From the sequence record PP942979.1: DNA of 64,000 nt; one strand, 5' to 3'. Below, piece by piece: positions 35,915 to 45,571 of the stretch (positions are counted from its first letter, which is position 1; each line of letters starts with the position of its first letter). Under the pieces are notes generated by a model. It was not told where the DNA came from and did not search any database. It saw only the letters and a program-made list of their open reading frames with translations. A program made the translations under genes and the position numbers.

Positions 35915-36178
35915 ATGGCTGTAGGCTTTGTGAAAGACGATGGCGTAAACGATACCATCGAAACAAACGTAATGAACGAGATTGACCGCGCTCGTTCTGA
36001 ACTTCAAGGCGTAGGTTCTGATTACTGCGTCAACCCTGACTGCGGTGAAAAGATTCCTGTGATGCGTAAGCTCGCTATGCCGAATGCGCGTTACTGCATT
36101 AACTGTCAGGCAAGTCACGATGGTTCTGCTCATGCTGGCTACAATCGTCGTGGCTCCAAAGACTCTCAATTGAGGTAG
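35915..36178 (+). CDS. TraR/DksA C4 zinc-finger protein, YbiI-like
   Basis: C....CGEKIP..R..AMP.ARYCINCQ; C-terminus GYNRRGSKDSQLR as in E. coli YbiI. Confidence 0.9.
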   Translation: MAVGFVKDDGVNDTIETNVMNEIDRARSELQGVGSDYCVNPDCGEKIPVMRKLAMPNARYCINCQASHDGSAHAGYNRRGSKDSQLR

Positions 36179-36180
36179 TC

Positions 36181-36336
36181 ATGGACATTAAAGCTAGCCC
36201 TGAAGAACGCAAAGAACCGTATTCCCGCTGCACTGACTGCCGTACTCCTCTGGCTGAGGGTGAAGTGTATGGTGAGTGGGATGACCTGTGTGAAAATTGC
36301 TCCGCTGATCGTGAAGACGAAGGCGAATCAACCTGA
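36181..36336 (+). CDS. 51-aa CxxC...CxxC protein, not in the ORF track
   Basis: GAGGT RBS; MDIKASPEERKEPYSRCTDC...LCENC... Confidence 0.65.
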   Translation: MDIKASPEERKEPYSRCTDCRTPLAEGEVYGEWDDLCENCSADREDEGEST

Positions 36337-36350
36337 ATAAGGAGAACACC

Positions 36351-36989
36351 GTGGACAGTATCATTCAATTCCTCATGGACGAGGACGAAGTGCAAGACGC
36401 ACTTACTGCATACCGCACTGACCCGACCGAAGCTAATAAGCGTCGTGTGGTTGAAACGATTCTTGCGGAACGCGAAACGGCAAAACGTATTGAGCCTGAT
36501 TTGCCTGTAGTTAAGCCTAAGCCTATTCATCGGTATGTGCTTATACCGAACGTCACCACTATCTATAAACAAAACGTGACGAGTACAGGGAAGGGCGGCA
36601 CTACAATGTCACGCAACATAGACCCGGAACGTAAGTCGATAGCTGCTCTTGCTAGACGCGCCGCTGATCACATTCATCAGCTTGGAGGTTCTGCTGCCTA
36701 CGTCCGTTTTGAATTTGACGAATGGCAGGCGCTGTTTGAGAACGAAGGCCACGTTGGCACAGTCAACATGTTCAACAACATCCAAGAGTACGACGATTTG
36801 GATAAGATAGCTGACGCGCTGAATACTTTTATTGCGCGACTTGGTAACGTCGATAGCCCTGAGTACGGAGCAAAACTTCTGCGTAAGATGTACGCTGTAG
36901 CACAGGGTAAGATTGATGACACTATCGGCAAGGCGATTATTCGCATGATAGATACGTCTGGCACCAAGAACGTACCCAGCTTACTGTAA
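36351..36989 (+). CDS. Hypothetical protein
   Basis: AAGGAG RBS, GTG start. Confidence 0.75.
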   Translation: MDSIIQFLMDEDEVQDALTAYRTDPTEANKRRVVETILAERETAKRIEPDLPVVKPKPIHRYVLIPNVTTIYKQNVTSTGKGGTTMSRNIDPERKSIAALARRAADHIHQLGGSAAYVRFEFDEWQALFENEGHVGTVNMFNNIQEYDDLDKIADALNTFIARLGNVDSPEYGAKLLRKMYAVAQGKIDDTIGKAIIRMIDTSGTKNVPSLL

Positions 36990-37021
36990 AGAACAGACAG
37001 TCGAATAACGAGGATAATAAA

Positions 37022-37381
37022 ATGATCAGACAAGTTCCTATCAGAATCTCCAGCAAAGAGCCTAACACTTCAATCGAAGAAGTTGCTCTTGTTCGCGGCT
37101 TCAAAAACTACACCGTTGTTGTTCGCGGTCCGTGGCGTCTTATTCGTTGTACCGATACTGTTGACCTCAAAGTCGTGCTTATCGGACCTTACGACGTAAC
37201 GCCAAACATTACAGGCTACGAGATTCTGACCTCTGCTGGTTTCTCGTCAGTCGATGCTGCGTTAGCTCTTGGTGCAAAACACTATGAAGTTAAGACGTGG
37301 CAGAAGCAACAACGCGCTCGCCTGAAAGCAGCAAAAGCACAACCGCGCCTCGGCCGTACTAACGCACTCGACGATCTTTAA
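37022..37381 (+). CDS. Hypothetical protein
   Basis: GAGG RBS, 119 aa. Confidence 0.75.
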   Translation: MIRQVPIRISSKEPNTSIEEVALVRGFKNYTVVVRGPWRLIRCTDTVDLKVVLIGPYDVTPNITGYEILTSAGFSSVDAALALGAKHYEVKTWQKQQRARLKAAKAQPRLGRTNALDDL

Positions 37382-37391
37382 GGAGCAAACA

Positions 37392-38192
37392 ATGAAACAG
37401 TTATTCGTAGGTAGCTACCCGAACACTAAGAAGTTTTCTGACCTCGACGCGCGTGACCGTGTGTGCGAGATTCGTGTCATGATCGCCAACGCGTACACAA
37501 CGTTGCGCGATGCTATTGGCGAAGAAGCCAAGAACGAAACGAATACCTTCCACGGACCGTGGTTAGTGTTTCGCAATCTCATGAACGAACACCCGGCCGC
37601 GTGTCTTGAAGAATATCGTCATGCTGCGGTCTACTTCGACACTGATACCGAAGATCAGATCAGTGAGATCTGCAAGCTGATTGAGCAACACAATGAACTG
37701 GTTCGTCAGGAGTACGAACTGAAAGGTCTGCATCAACATCAGGCTGACGCGATGGTTGGCATTCAGGCAAGCCCTGCCACCCACGAAGTAACTATGCGCG
37801 TAGGTGTAGGCAAAACACGCAGCGAAGGTGCGTTTGACTATCAGTTGTCTGGCAATAACCCGCACCTGACTATGGCCGATAGCGTTCGCAAGTATATCGA
37901 ACTGGCTGCTGAGAAAGAATCCGTATTTGCCTTCTGTGTCATGCTGACCAAGAAGTTGAAGTCAGATTGCTATGACCGTTACGAAGATATGACTCAGGAA
38001 GAAATGATTGAGTGCGTACACGGTCTTATTCTAGCTTCGTCTCAGAGCGTGAAGTGCATCCGCGAACACGTTGAGTCCGCCGCTAACGAACTCTCTATGC
38101 CGTATGCGCAGTTCATTACTGATGCTAACTCTGACTTCGATGCAGAAGATGATCAGGCGGCTGGCGATGAAAACTACGCTCTCCGTGGTTAA
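37392..38192 (+). CDS. Hypothetical protein
   Basis: AAGGAG RBS, 266 aa. Confidence 0.8.
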   Translation: MKQLFVGSYPNTKKFSDLDARDRVCEIRVMIANAYTTLRDAIGEEAKNETNTFHGPWLVFRNLMNEHPAACLEEYRHAAVYFDTDTEDQISEICKLIEQHNELVRQEYELKGLHQHQADAMVGIQASPATHEVTMRVGVGKTRSEGAFDYQLSGNNPHLTMADSVRKYIELAAEKESVFAFCVMLTKKLKSDCYDRYEDMTQEEMIECVHGLILASSQSVKCIREHVESAANELSMPYAQFITDANSDFDAEDDQAAGDENYALRG

Positions 38193-38370
38193 ACGTTACT
38201 GGCGCGAAGCTCTGATACTTGCCGTGCTGCTCGTCATTGCTATCGCGCTTCCTTATTTCGAAGTACGCAGTCCTGCATTAACAATGCTGGTGGCTATTAT
38301 TGTTGCTGCGTACTTCTTTGCTACTTGGGCATGTAAACCGCGTTATGGAGATAACAGTGAAAAAGAATGA
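38167..38370 (+). CDS. Small membrane protein (two hydrophobic segments)
   Basis: ALILAVLLVIAIALPY and ALTMLVAIIVAAYFFA; start uncertain. Confidence 0.6.
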   Translation: MKTTLSVVKRYWREALILAVLLVIAIALPYFEVRSPALTMLVAIIVAAYFFATWACKPRYGDNSEKE

Positions 38371-38908
38371 AGTGGTACTGAGTGCAAGCGAAGTCGCTGA
38401 CGGCGTGGATAAAATCAATCAGGCGCTGCTGGAAGTTGGTCTGCGTTGTAGCATCGGTGATGTTGGGTACGAGCCGACATATACTGATGACCTCGGTGAA
38501 ACACAAGGCGGTTGGTACGCACAGTTTGATAAGAAGTCCCGCGACAAGCTGCGTCAATCAAAGCAGGTATCGTGGCACAACACGGGAATGATTGGCGGTG
38601 ATACACTTGAGGAGATTCTCAAAGTGATCGCCTGTCTTAAATTCCGTAATCACAAGAAAGAGCCGACCTTGGTTCAAGTTGAAAAGGTAATGTACACGAT
38701 GACTAAAGAAGGCGCTACAAAGAAAGCTCTTGAAGTCTACAACTCAGCCGCGCCCTTGTCTGACGAAGACCTCAAGTTGTGTATCGATCACTTCCGCACA
38801 CTGGAAGAGTTAATCAAAGTTGACCCGATGTTGAAGCTGGCGCAGCCTTATGTTGTAAACAACCTCTATCAACTCGAAAACTATCTACACGCTCGTAAGA
38901 GCAAGTAA
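38345..38908 (+). CDS. Hypothetical protein
   Basis: MEITVKKN start inferred; followed by a terminator. Confidence 0.7.
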   Translation: MEITVKKNEVVLSASEVADGVDKINQALLEVGLRCSIGDVGYEPTYTDDLGETQGGWYAQFDKKSRDKLRQSKQVSWHNTGMIGGDTLEEILKVIACLKFRNHKKEPTLVQVEKVMYTMTKEGATKKALEVYNSAAPLSDEDLKLCIDHFRTLEELIKVDPMLKLAQPYVVNNLYQLENYLHARKSK

Positions 38909-38915
38909 TAATCAT

Positions 38916-38943
38916 GGGAGGCCCTTAGCAGGGTTTCCCTTTT
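38916..38943 (+). terminator. Intrinsic terminator
   Basis: GGGAGGCCCT-TAGC-AGGGTTTCCC then TTTT. Confidence 0.8.
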
Positions 38944-38965
38944 GTCATTTCTGGAGCATTTTCGC

Positions 38966-39946
38966 ATGAGATTCGGATTCGCCTGCAAGCTGATTGACGC
39001 AAACGGCAAACAGCCCTACCCAAACAAAAGCATTAGCTACGCCCACTTCTCTAAACTTGACCTCGACGCACAACGTCAACGCCTGCGCGAGATAGTCACG
39101 GTCAACCTGACTTCACTTTACGATATGATCGCACACGTTGCGATGTTGCGTACTGACATGCGCATGTTTCGTATCACAAGCGAACTACTTCCGCTCTACA
39201 CGCACCCGCATGTATCTCACCTGTATGACGAGCACGAACTCGCCTCGTACATTGAACACTGGTTGTGGAAGTGCGGTAGTCTTGCACGTAGTTCTGGCGT
39301 TCGTCTTTCGTTTCACCCAGGTCAGTTCACGGTACTTGCATCTGATCGTCCTGATGTTGTTGTCAACTCGATACGCGAACTTGAGTACCACGCATACTGT
39401 GCCTACCACATGGGATACGGTCGTCGCTTTCAGGACTTCAAGATCAATATTCACCTCAGTGGTAGACTTGGTGCGAAAGGCTTCCGTGCTGCTCACTCAA
39501 AACTTTCTGACCACTGCCGTAAGATGCTCACCGTTGAGAATGACGAGATCACTTCGAGCGTAGAAGATTGCTTGGAGCTGGCAGACCTGTGTCCGATTGT
39601 GCTCGACATTCACCACCACTGGGTAATGACAAACGAATACATTCAACCAGACGATGATCGTGTTCAACGTGTCATTGAGTCTTGGCGCGGCATTACTCCG
39701 GTTGCGCACTACTCAGTTTCAAAGCCAGAGTTCGTGCCGTCTCGTGGTCTCCCTGATCAAAACAAGCTGACTGCTAATCGTATGCAGTTACGCGCTCACG
39801 CAGATTACTATCACAACGAAGACGTGAATGACTGGGCCCTCAGTTTCTCTGAATTTGACCTGATGTGCGAGTCAAAAGCGAAGAATAGAGCGCGAATGAA
39901 ATTGGCATGTTTTACGCTCAACTCAGCAAATAACTGGACAAAATAA
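38966..39946 (+). CDS. uvsE: UV damage endonuclease (UvsE/UvdE)
   Basis: RFGFAC, FRITSELLP..THP, RLSFHPGQFTVLAS, NIH, LTVENDE, VLDIHHH, HYS, HADY, MCESKAK. Confidence 0.92.
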   Translation: MRFGFACKLIDANGKQPYPNKSISYAHFSKLDLDAQRQRLREIVTVNLTSLYDMIAHVAMLRTDMRMFRITSELLPLYTHPHVSHLYDEHELASYIEHWLWKCGSLARSSGVRLSFHPGQFTVLASDRPDVVVNSIRELEYHAYCAYHMGYGRRFQDFKINIHLSGRLGAKGFRAAHSKLSDHCRKMLTVENDEITSSVEDCLELADLCPIVLDIHHHWVMTNEYIQPDDDRVQRVIESWRGITPVAHYSVSKPEFVPSRGLPDQNKLTANRMQLRAHADYYHNEDVNDWALSFSEFDLMCESKAKNRARMKLACFTLNSANNWTK

Positions 39947-39979
39947 GGCTTGTTTTCGAAGGTTGCCCTATGATACACT
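39928..39979 (+). promoter_or_regulatory. Box + extended -10 promoter
   Basis: AAATAACTGGACAAAATAAGG ... TGA-TACACT. Confidence 0.8.
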
Positions 39980-40035
39980 GTTTATGAGCGCTATCGCTCG
40001 TTTTTCTCATATAAGAAGACAGAGGAAATAAGACA

Positions 40036-40338
40036 ATGTTCAATACGACAACTATCGCAACGAAAGCAAGCATTGCACCGACCGTTAAACACTCTTTTGG
40101 CATCACGGGTCTTGCACCCACTAATCGTATCTCCTGTGTTTGGCCTGGCGCTCTGGAAGTTCCGCTGCACATTAAACGTTGGTGCCGTGCCAACGAAATC
40201 ATGAATGACCTTGACCCGTACATGCGTGTTCGCTTTAAAGGTCGTCGCGCGGATATTCTGAATTTGGTTGCTGTCCATCTGGCACCAAATAACTCTGAGC
40301 TTGCGGTTCGCATTCTCGCAACTATTACTGAGGCCTAA
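40036..40338 (+). CDS. Hypothetical protein
   Basis: GAGG RBS, 100 aa. Confidence 0.7.
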   Translation: MFNTTTIATKASIAPTVKHSFGITGLAPTNRISCVWPGALEVPLHIKRWCRANEIMNDLDPYMRVRFKGRRADILNLVAVHLAPNNSELAVRILATITEA

Positions 40339-40339
40339 A

Positions 40340-40603
40340 ATGAAAGTCCAACCACTGGAAGCTATGTACGGTGCTACGAAGACCAATACTCCGCTAATAG
40401 AAAAGCGCGGCTTCCGTCCTGTCGAATCAAAATATGTCGATGGCACGGAGGTTAGATTACAACGGCTCTCACACGATGTACATGAACGTGTGGTTGTTGG
40501 TTACGATCAATTTGGTCGTGCTGTGTATGGAACACGGACACCGCAATCAACGTTCGAAGTGCGTGACAGCAAGGAAAGCGAACCGAATAAAACGGCGCCC
40601 TAG
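40340..40603 (+). CDS. Hypothetical protein
   Basis: GAGG RBS before MKVQPLE. Confidence 0.65.
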   Translation: MKVQPLEAMYGATKTNTPLIEKRGFRPVESKYVDGTEVRLQRLSHDVHERVVVGYDQFGRAVYGTRTPQSTFEVRDSKESEPNKTAP

Positions 40604-40678
40604 CAAGCTCACAACCAGAAGCCATAGAATAACCCAAACAATAAATTCATGCGCTGACCTATCGTGGGGTGTCTTAAA

Positions 40679-41056
40679 ATGATCGTTATTTGTAATAGTT
40701 CAAAACAGTTTTGTGCGGATCGCCTAGCACACGGGGATGCTTTTGTTTTTGGGAAGACACGCATGTTACTACGCGCTGACTTCATCGTCCTGACCGACAA
40801 GAACAATAGCTTCTATGTAGTACGCAAATCTGATGTTGTTTGGTCGCCTGAGCTTACAGGTGCTACGCATGTGATTAAAATCCGGGCGTATGCCCAGATT
40901 AAGCCGTTCGAACTCAACGCAGCATGTCCACAATTCAATAGCCGCGTATTCGGAACAATCGCGTTCCGTAATCCGCACTTTGAGCATAGACTCTCGGGTC
41001 TTAAATATGTAGAGACAAACTTCGGAGGTTTACATGGCACGGTATCATGTGTTTAG
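40679..41056 (+). CDS. Hypothetical protein
   Basis: GGGGTG RBS before MIVICNS. Confidence 0.65.
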   Translation: MIVICNSSKQFCADRLAHGDAFVFGKTRMLLRADFIVLTDKNNSFYVVRKSDVVWSPELTGATHVIKIRAYAQIKPFELNAACPQFNSRVFGTIAFRNPHFEHRLSGLKYVETNFGGLHGTVSCV

Positions 41057-41285
41057 TGCGACCCATAAGTATTACGGCGAAGCATACGAAGGTACGTGGC
41101 TGAAAGAGATCGCTCTCAACGGCCAGCAAGTTACCATCGCTGAGTTTCCAAACTTCAACGCTGCCAAAGAGTGCGCTGACAAGCTGCATGAGGTTTGCGA
41201 TATAGGGTGGATCGTCTACAACGCTTTTTCCGAAAGAGCGATGTACGATACCCGTACAGAGCAAGGCGAGTCTGTAAATACATAG
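41034..41285 (+). CDS. Hypothetical protein
   Basis: GGAGG RBS, 83 aa. Confidence 0.7.
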   Translation: MARYHVFSATHKYYGEAYEGTWLKEIALNGQQVTIAEFPNFNAAKECADKLHEVCDIGWIVYNAFSERAMYDTRTEQGESVNT

Positions 41286-41357
41286 CAGCCTCGCCTGCAC
41301 CTTTTCTTACCGTGAGGCTTACGGGCTTCACATAAATTCATATCAATGAGGTTCAAA

Positions 41358-41870
41358 ATGAAATTCACTTCAATCGCTATCGCACTGGTTCTGGCTGCTT
41401 CTTCCGCTAACGCTGCAAACTACAAAGCACCAGCTCCGGCCGCAGGTATGCAGTCGTCTGGCATGACTATTTCTGATCAGCTGGACGATAGCTGCATGAG
41501 CAAGCTCGCTGCCGCCAGTGACCTGCGCGAAGCTGTTGTTGACTTCGCTGTGTCGCGTGATGCTATCGACACTGTTGCACTTTGGCCTCTGGTCTGTTCG
41601 CCGACTGTTGAAGCCAAGTCTATCGACGTTGAGCGTATGGGCTCCGACATGACAATCACTTACGTCAACAAAGACGCGTCTGTGCCAAAACTCACTCTGG
41701 TTCTGCAACGCGTCCGCTCTGAGAACGAAGACGATGCTCCTGCGTATCAGATCGTTCAGGTTGGTGATATGAATGCTATGGGCTACGAAGAACAGTCTGC
41801 TGTTAAAGACTGGCTGCTCGAATGCTACGCTCTCACCGTTCAAGATAGTATGGCGGTGGTGCTGAACTGA
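41358..41870 (+). CDS. Exported protein with Sec signal peptide
   Basis: MKFTSIAIALVLAASSANA followed by a soluble domain; GAGGT RBS. Confidence 0.75.
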   Translation: MKFTSIAIALVLAASSANAANYKAPAPAAGMQSSGMTISDQLDDSCMSKLAAASDLREAVVDFAVSRDAIDTVALWPLVCSPTVEAKSIDVERMGSDMTITYVNKDASVPKLTLVLQRVRSENEDDAPAYQIVQVGDMNAMGYEEQSAVKDWLLECYALTVQDSMAVVLN

Positions 41871-42175
41871 TGAAAGGAAAGAAGTTAGACATATTCCTGC
41901 AACAACGCACGGCAATAAACAAGGTTGCTTCCAGTCCACAAGACTGGGAGACCTATAAAGAAATGCTGCTGAACATACGGCTTGCCGTTGCTGTTGACCC
42001 ACGCCCTGATGCTGCTGTACGCCACTTGGCTCGTACATGGCATGCAGAAAAGAAATATGCGCTCCCTGTCTGTCAGGCTACGCTTCTGAAACTTATGACT
42101 TTGAAGAAAGCGAACCAAACGCTTGAAGAGATGATCGCGTTGTACATTGACCTTGAGGAAGGAACTCAGAAATGA
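41870..42175 (+). CDS. Hypothetical protein
   Basis: TGATG coupling. Confidence 0.7.
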   Translation: MKGKKLDIFLQQRTAINKVASSPQDWETYKEMLLNIRLAVAVDPRPDAAVRHLARTWHAEKKYALPVCQATLLKLMTLKKANQTLEEMIALYIDLEEGTQK

Positions 42176-43356
42176 TCGAAAAGAATGAACAACTGGCCGA
42201 TGCAGTTCGTCGTATGTTTAACTCAGGCAGCGTTGAAGTGCGTGATGCGTTACGCGCAGTAGCAAACACTGTGCTGGCTAAAGATGTTGCTCTGCCTTAT
42301 GAAGGTGACGAGCCGTCTGTAGAGACAACGTATCGTCTGCTGGAAGGTATTCAGTTCTCCGGTGACGGTAAAACGCTTCTGCCGTCCGATGAAATCTATG
42401 CGCTGGATAAACTGCTGTCGAAGAAGTGGCGTAACACCTTCTTCTCCGCCGTGTCGAACATGGCTCTGACTATGCACTGCACTGACCCGCGTACCGCAGG
42501 CAAAGGCTACTGGCCACCGAATAACAGTTCTTGCTGTGAGCTGGTTACTCGCGCATTCATCTGGTGTGTAGCGCAATACGGGCTGGACAATCTTCTCGAA
42601 AAAGACACGTCGGTTGTCAGTCACACGCGTCTGCCTCAGTTTATCATCGCGTTGCAGACCGAAGGCAAAGACGAAGGCTATGCGCGTCACTTTAGTCTGT
42701 ATCATCCTCACAACGATACAGGCAATATCGACACGACCAACTACTGGCCGGACGAGTACAAAGCCCAGCAGGAAGAAAAACGCATCGCAAGTCGCCCTGC
42801 TGAATACGACTCCGTCCGTCATATGGGATTCGACGAGCTGGCCGCTCTGTGTACTCGTCTGAATCTTATTGGACCAAACTCCAAAGTTCGCTGTGATTGC
42901 GATGAAGACGAAGAGGAGATTGATTGCGATTGCCAGCCTATGATGGTGGAAGACTTCGATCAGGACCTCGACGAACTGCAACAAGTCTTCTATGAAAAGT
43001 ACGGTGACCCTGACGACGACATTGAAGAAGATGAAAGCGACTGGATTACTGGCGTGTCTGTTATGGAAGTCACTGTCGATCTTCCTGTTGTGCGCCTGCC
43101 TGAGCCTGCACAAAACAATCGCTCGTATCTGCCTCGTCGTGGTCAGAAGAAAGCAATGCCAAAGTCGGTATCACGCAAAGTCACATTGACTCACGATCAG
43201 CAAATCTGGCATGAGCTAGACAGCAAACAAGAGTTCGGTGATCGCCGCTTCGCTATCACTCTCGTATCTCGCCACACGTGCGGTGTTGATCGTGCTATCG
43301 CTACTAACCGCGAAGCGCTGGCAGTCGCGTATACTCTTATCAACATCGACAAATAA
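42172..43356 (+). CDS. Hypothetical protein with acidic segment
   Basis: 394-aa ORF; ATGA coupling. Confidence 0.8.
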   Translation: MIEKNEQLADAVRRMFNSGSVEVRDALRAVANTVLAKDVALPYEGDEPSVETTYRLLEGIQFSGDGKTLLPSDEIYALDKLLSKKWRNTFFSAVSNMALTMHCTDPRTAGKGYWPPNNSSCCELVTRAFIWCVAQYGLDNLLEKDTSVVSHTRLPQFIIALQTEGKDEGYARHFSLYHPHNDTGNIDTTNYWPDEYKAQQEEKRIASRPAEYDSVRHMGFDELAALCTRLNLIGPNSKVRCDCDEDEEEIDCDCQPMMVEDFDQDLDELQQVFYEKYGDPDDDIEEDESDWITGVSVMEVTVDLPVVRLPEPAQNNRSYLPRRGQKKAMPKSVSRKVTLTHDQQIWHELDSKQEFGDRRFAITLVSRHTCGVDRAIATNREALAVAYTLINIDK

Positions 43357-43401
43357 CTGGTCAAAATAGCGCTTCTTCGTGAGGCGCTTTTCTGCTATAA
43401 T
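43351..43401 (+). promoter_or_regulatory. Box + extended -10 promoter, with a terminator-like hairpin in the spacer
   Basis: AAATAACTGGTCAAAATAGCG ... TGC-TATAAT; AGCGCTTC/GAGGCGCT-TTT at 43368-43391. Confidence 0.8.
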
Positions 43402-43468
43402 AGCAGCTAGAGCAACATCGCTCTCAACGTCACTTTTAACTATACGTTTATAACGGGAATTGTCATTT

Positions 43469-43771
43469 ATGTCACGCACTATTTCACGCAAGAAAGCAGT
43501 AAGCCTCATGTCCACAACTTACAACGCAAAACATCCTGAGTATCTTCCGCGCCTGTTGGCCGAAGATATGGACTCGACTCACCTGTTCGAGTTTCGTGAG
43601 ATGGTTGTTGCTAAGATTCAGGCAGGCGAAGACCCAACTAAAGTTGTCGATGATATGATCGACACGGCGATTCGCGTTACTCAGGTTCGTCGTCGCACCA
43701 GCAACGATTACAACCCGAAGATCGCCGACGTGCTTACTGATGAACTGCGTGATATGCTCCGTAAACTCTAA
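43469..43771 (+). CDS. Hypothetical protein
   Basis: MSRTISRK; start uncertain. Confidence 0.7.
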   Translation: MSRTISRKKAVSLMSTTYNAKHPEYLPRLLAEDMDSTHLFEFREMVVAKIQAGEDPTKVVDDMIDTAIRVTQVRRRTSNDYNPKIADVLTDELRDMLRKL

Positions 43772-43779
43772 GGATAAAA

Positions 43780-44334
43780 ATGAAAAGCTACGGTTACTTT
43801 TATATTCTGAATCACATCGCTATGGCCGTAGATGCACCCAACAAGGAAGTTGGGTTTAAAGCTCTGGTAGAACTGGACATGTTCAATCGCGCATCTACTC
43901 TTACTCGCCCGGACGCTGACCCGCGCGCTGCAAAGATTGTGCGTGATTTGACTGAGGCGCTTTACCCATCTGCATCTGATGTTCATCCGACTATCGCGCA
44001 ACGCATGATGCTGGTGCAGGCGCTGCATGACCAAGAACTCGAATCTATCGTCGGCAGTATTCGTTTCTTCGTGCCGTTCGCGTACACGAAAGAGCAACTG
44101 ACTGACCAATTCGGTTTCTTTGATAACGGTGACGGCTTGAACGTGCCGTACTTCTTGCGTCATCTGTTTATGGAAGATCAAGCAGTCTTCCTTGACGGCA
44201 AGCTGACCAGCTTCGCTAATTCGTGTATTCACGGAGAAGTGTCGCAAACTGCTCGGCAGTATGGTCTGCTCCCTGCTCAGGCTTACGGTAAGAACGATAT
44301 TCCTGAGCGCTTCAAACATCTGCCTCTGTTTTAG
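43780..44334 (+). CDS. Hypothetical protein
   Basis: AAGGA RBS, 184 aa. Confidence 0.75.
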   Translation: MKSYGYFYILNHIAMAVDAPNKEVGFKALVELDMFNRASTLTRPDADPRAAKIVRDLTEALYPSASDVHPTIAQRMMLVQALHDQELESIVGSIRFFVPFAYTKEQLTDQFGFFDNGDGLNVPYFLRHLFMEDQAVFLDGKLTSFANSCIHGEVSQTARQYGLLPAQAYGKNDIPERFKHLPLF

Positions 44335-44343
44335 GAGACACTC

Positions 44344-44802
44344 ATGGGAGTTGTTAAAGGCATAACCGCCACCACGTTCCCTTCTCGGGGACGTGACGAG
44401 GGCCAGAAGATTGCTCTCAAGTGTCGTTGGGGAATCTACCCAGCAACTGTTGTCCGTCAAGACAACGATCAGCCGTATAACGAAATCTGGAAGATCGATG
44501 CAAAGAATCTTCCACATCGTTACTTCTCCACGACTGACGACCTGTTCGTGTCTCGGCACTTCATTGATAACTTCGCAAAGCATTCGCCTATCTGTCCGAA
44601 AGGTGAGTATGAAGATCAATTCGTCGATGTTGTGTTTGACCGCGACACGGAGAATAAATGCGAAGGCGTTGTTATGACGCATCGTGATTTGCTTGTAGTG
44701 ATTCTGATTACTACAGGCCCTCATGCAGGCCGCTACGTCACTGACAAAGAGTGTCAGTACGCGCCGAAGCCTCGCAAAGTAAAAGAACTAATCGACAATT
44801 AA
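44344..44802 (+). CDS. Hypothetical protein
   Basis: AGGAG RBS, 152 aa. Confidence 0.75.
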   Translation: MGVVKGITATTFPSRGRDEGQKIALKCRWGIYPATVVRQDNDQPYNEIWKIDAKNLPHRYFSTTDDLFVSRHFIDNFAKHSPICPKGEYEDQFVDVVFDRDTENKCEGVVMTHRDLLVVILITTGPHAGRYVTDKECQYAPKPRKVKELIDN

Positions 44803-44811
44803 GGATGTAGA

Positions 44812-45348
44812 ATGCAATTCAAAGTAATGCCTGACCTCAATCGTTTCCCTGAATTTAAAATGCCAGCTCGCGCCTCTGGGCAGGCTGCCGGTGTTGACCT
44901 GTTCGCTCAGGAAGACATGATCATTACTGAACAGACAACTCTGTTTGAGCTGGGCTTCAAAGCTGCCGTGCCTGAGGGCTACGTAGGCATCATCTTCCCT
45001 CGCAGCGGTCTGGGCGCTAAATTCAACTGTGAACTGTCTAACACTCTGGGCGTCATTGATAGCGACTATCGCGGTCAGTGGATGGCTGCTCTGCATCTCG
45101 GCGGTAAAGGTACGAAAGGCAACGCACTCGAAGACGTGCGCACTATTCTGCGCGGTGTTGCGCCGGCCGTTGCTTCTCTCGTTGAAGGCCCCGATACACA
45201 ACTCGGTCTGCATATCAAACGCGGTGAAGCGTATGCTCAGGTGTTGTTCTTTGAAGTGCCTCTGATGGAAATCACGCAGGTAGATTCACTGGACGACACT
45301 GAACGTGGTGAGGGTGGCTTCGGTTCAACCACACCTGCTCGTGGCTAA
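44812..45348 (+). CDS. dut: Trimeric dUTPase with insertion between motifs III and IV
   Basis: AAGVDL, FPRSGLG, GVIDSDYRG, GEAYAQ, RGEGGFGST. Confidence 0.95.
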   Translation: MQFKVMPDLNRFPEFKMPARASGQAAGVDLFAQEDMIITEQTTLFELGFKAAVPEGYVGIIFPRSGLGAKFNCELSNTLGVIDSDYRGQWMAALHLGGKGTKGNALEDVRTILRGVAPAVASLVEGPDTQLGLHIKRGEAYAQVLFFEVPLMEITQVDSLDDTERGEGGFGSTTPARG

Positions 45349-45556
45349 TCTGCTGTATGTGCTAATCGCCTACTATCTGGTGGGCGTTATTCAGTTCTTT
45401 CGTGAGCTACGCTCCATCCCAAACGACGATCCCGCAGTAACTCAGTTCAATCGCAGTATGGATAACGAATCCAACCTGCAGGTACTTTGGATAGGGATCA
45501 AACTCGCTGTTACTGTGATATTCATTCACATTCCGTGCTGGATATTTCGTATATAG
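45341..45556 (+). CDS. Small membrane protein
   Basis: Two hydrophobic segments; GTG start inferred. Confidence 0.6.
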   Translation: MANLLYVLIAYYLVGVIQFFRELRSIPNDDPAVTQFNRSMDNESNLQVLWIGIKLAVTVIFIHIPCWIFRI

Positions 45557-45571
45557 TGATGCTACTCACAC

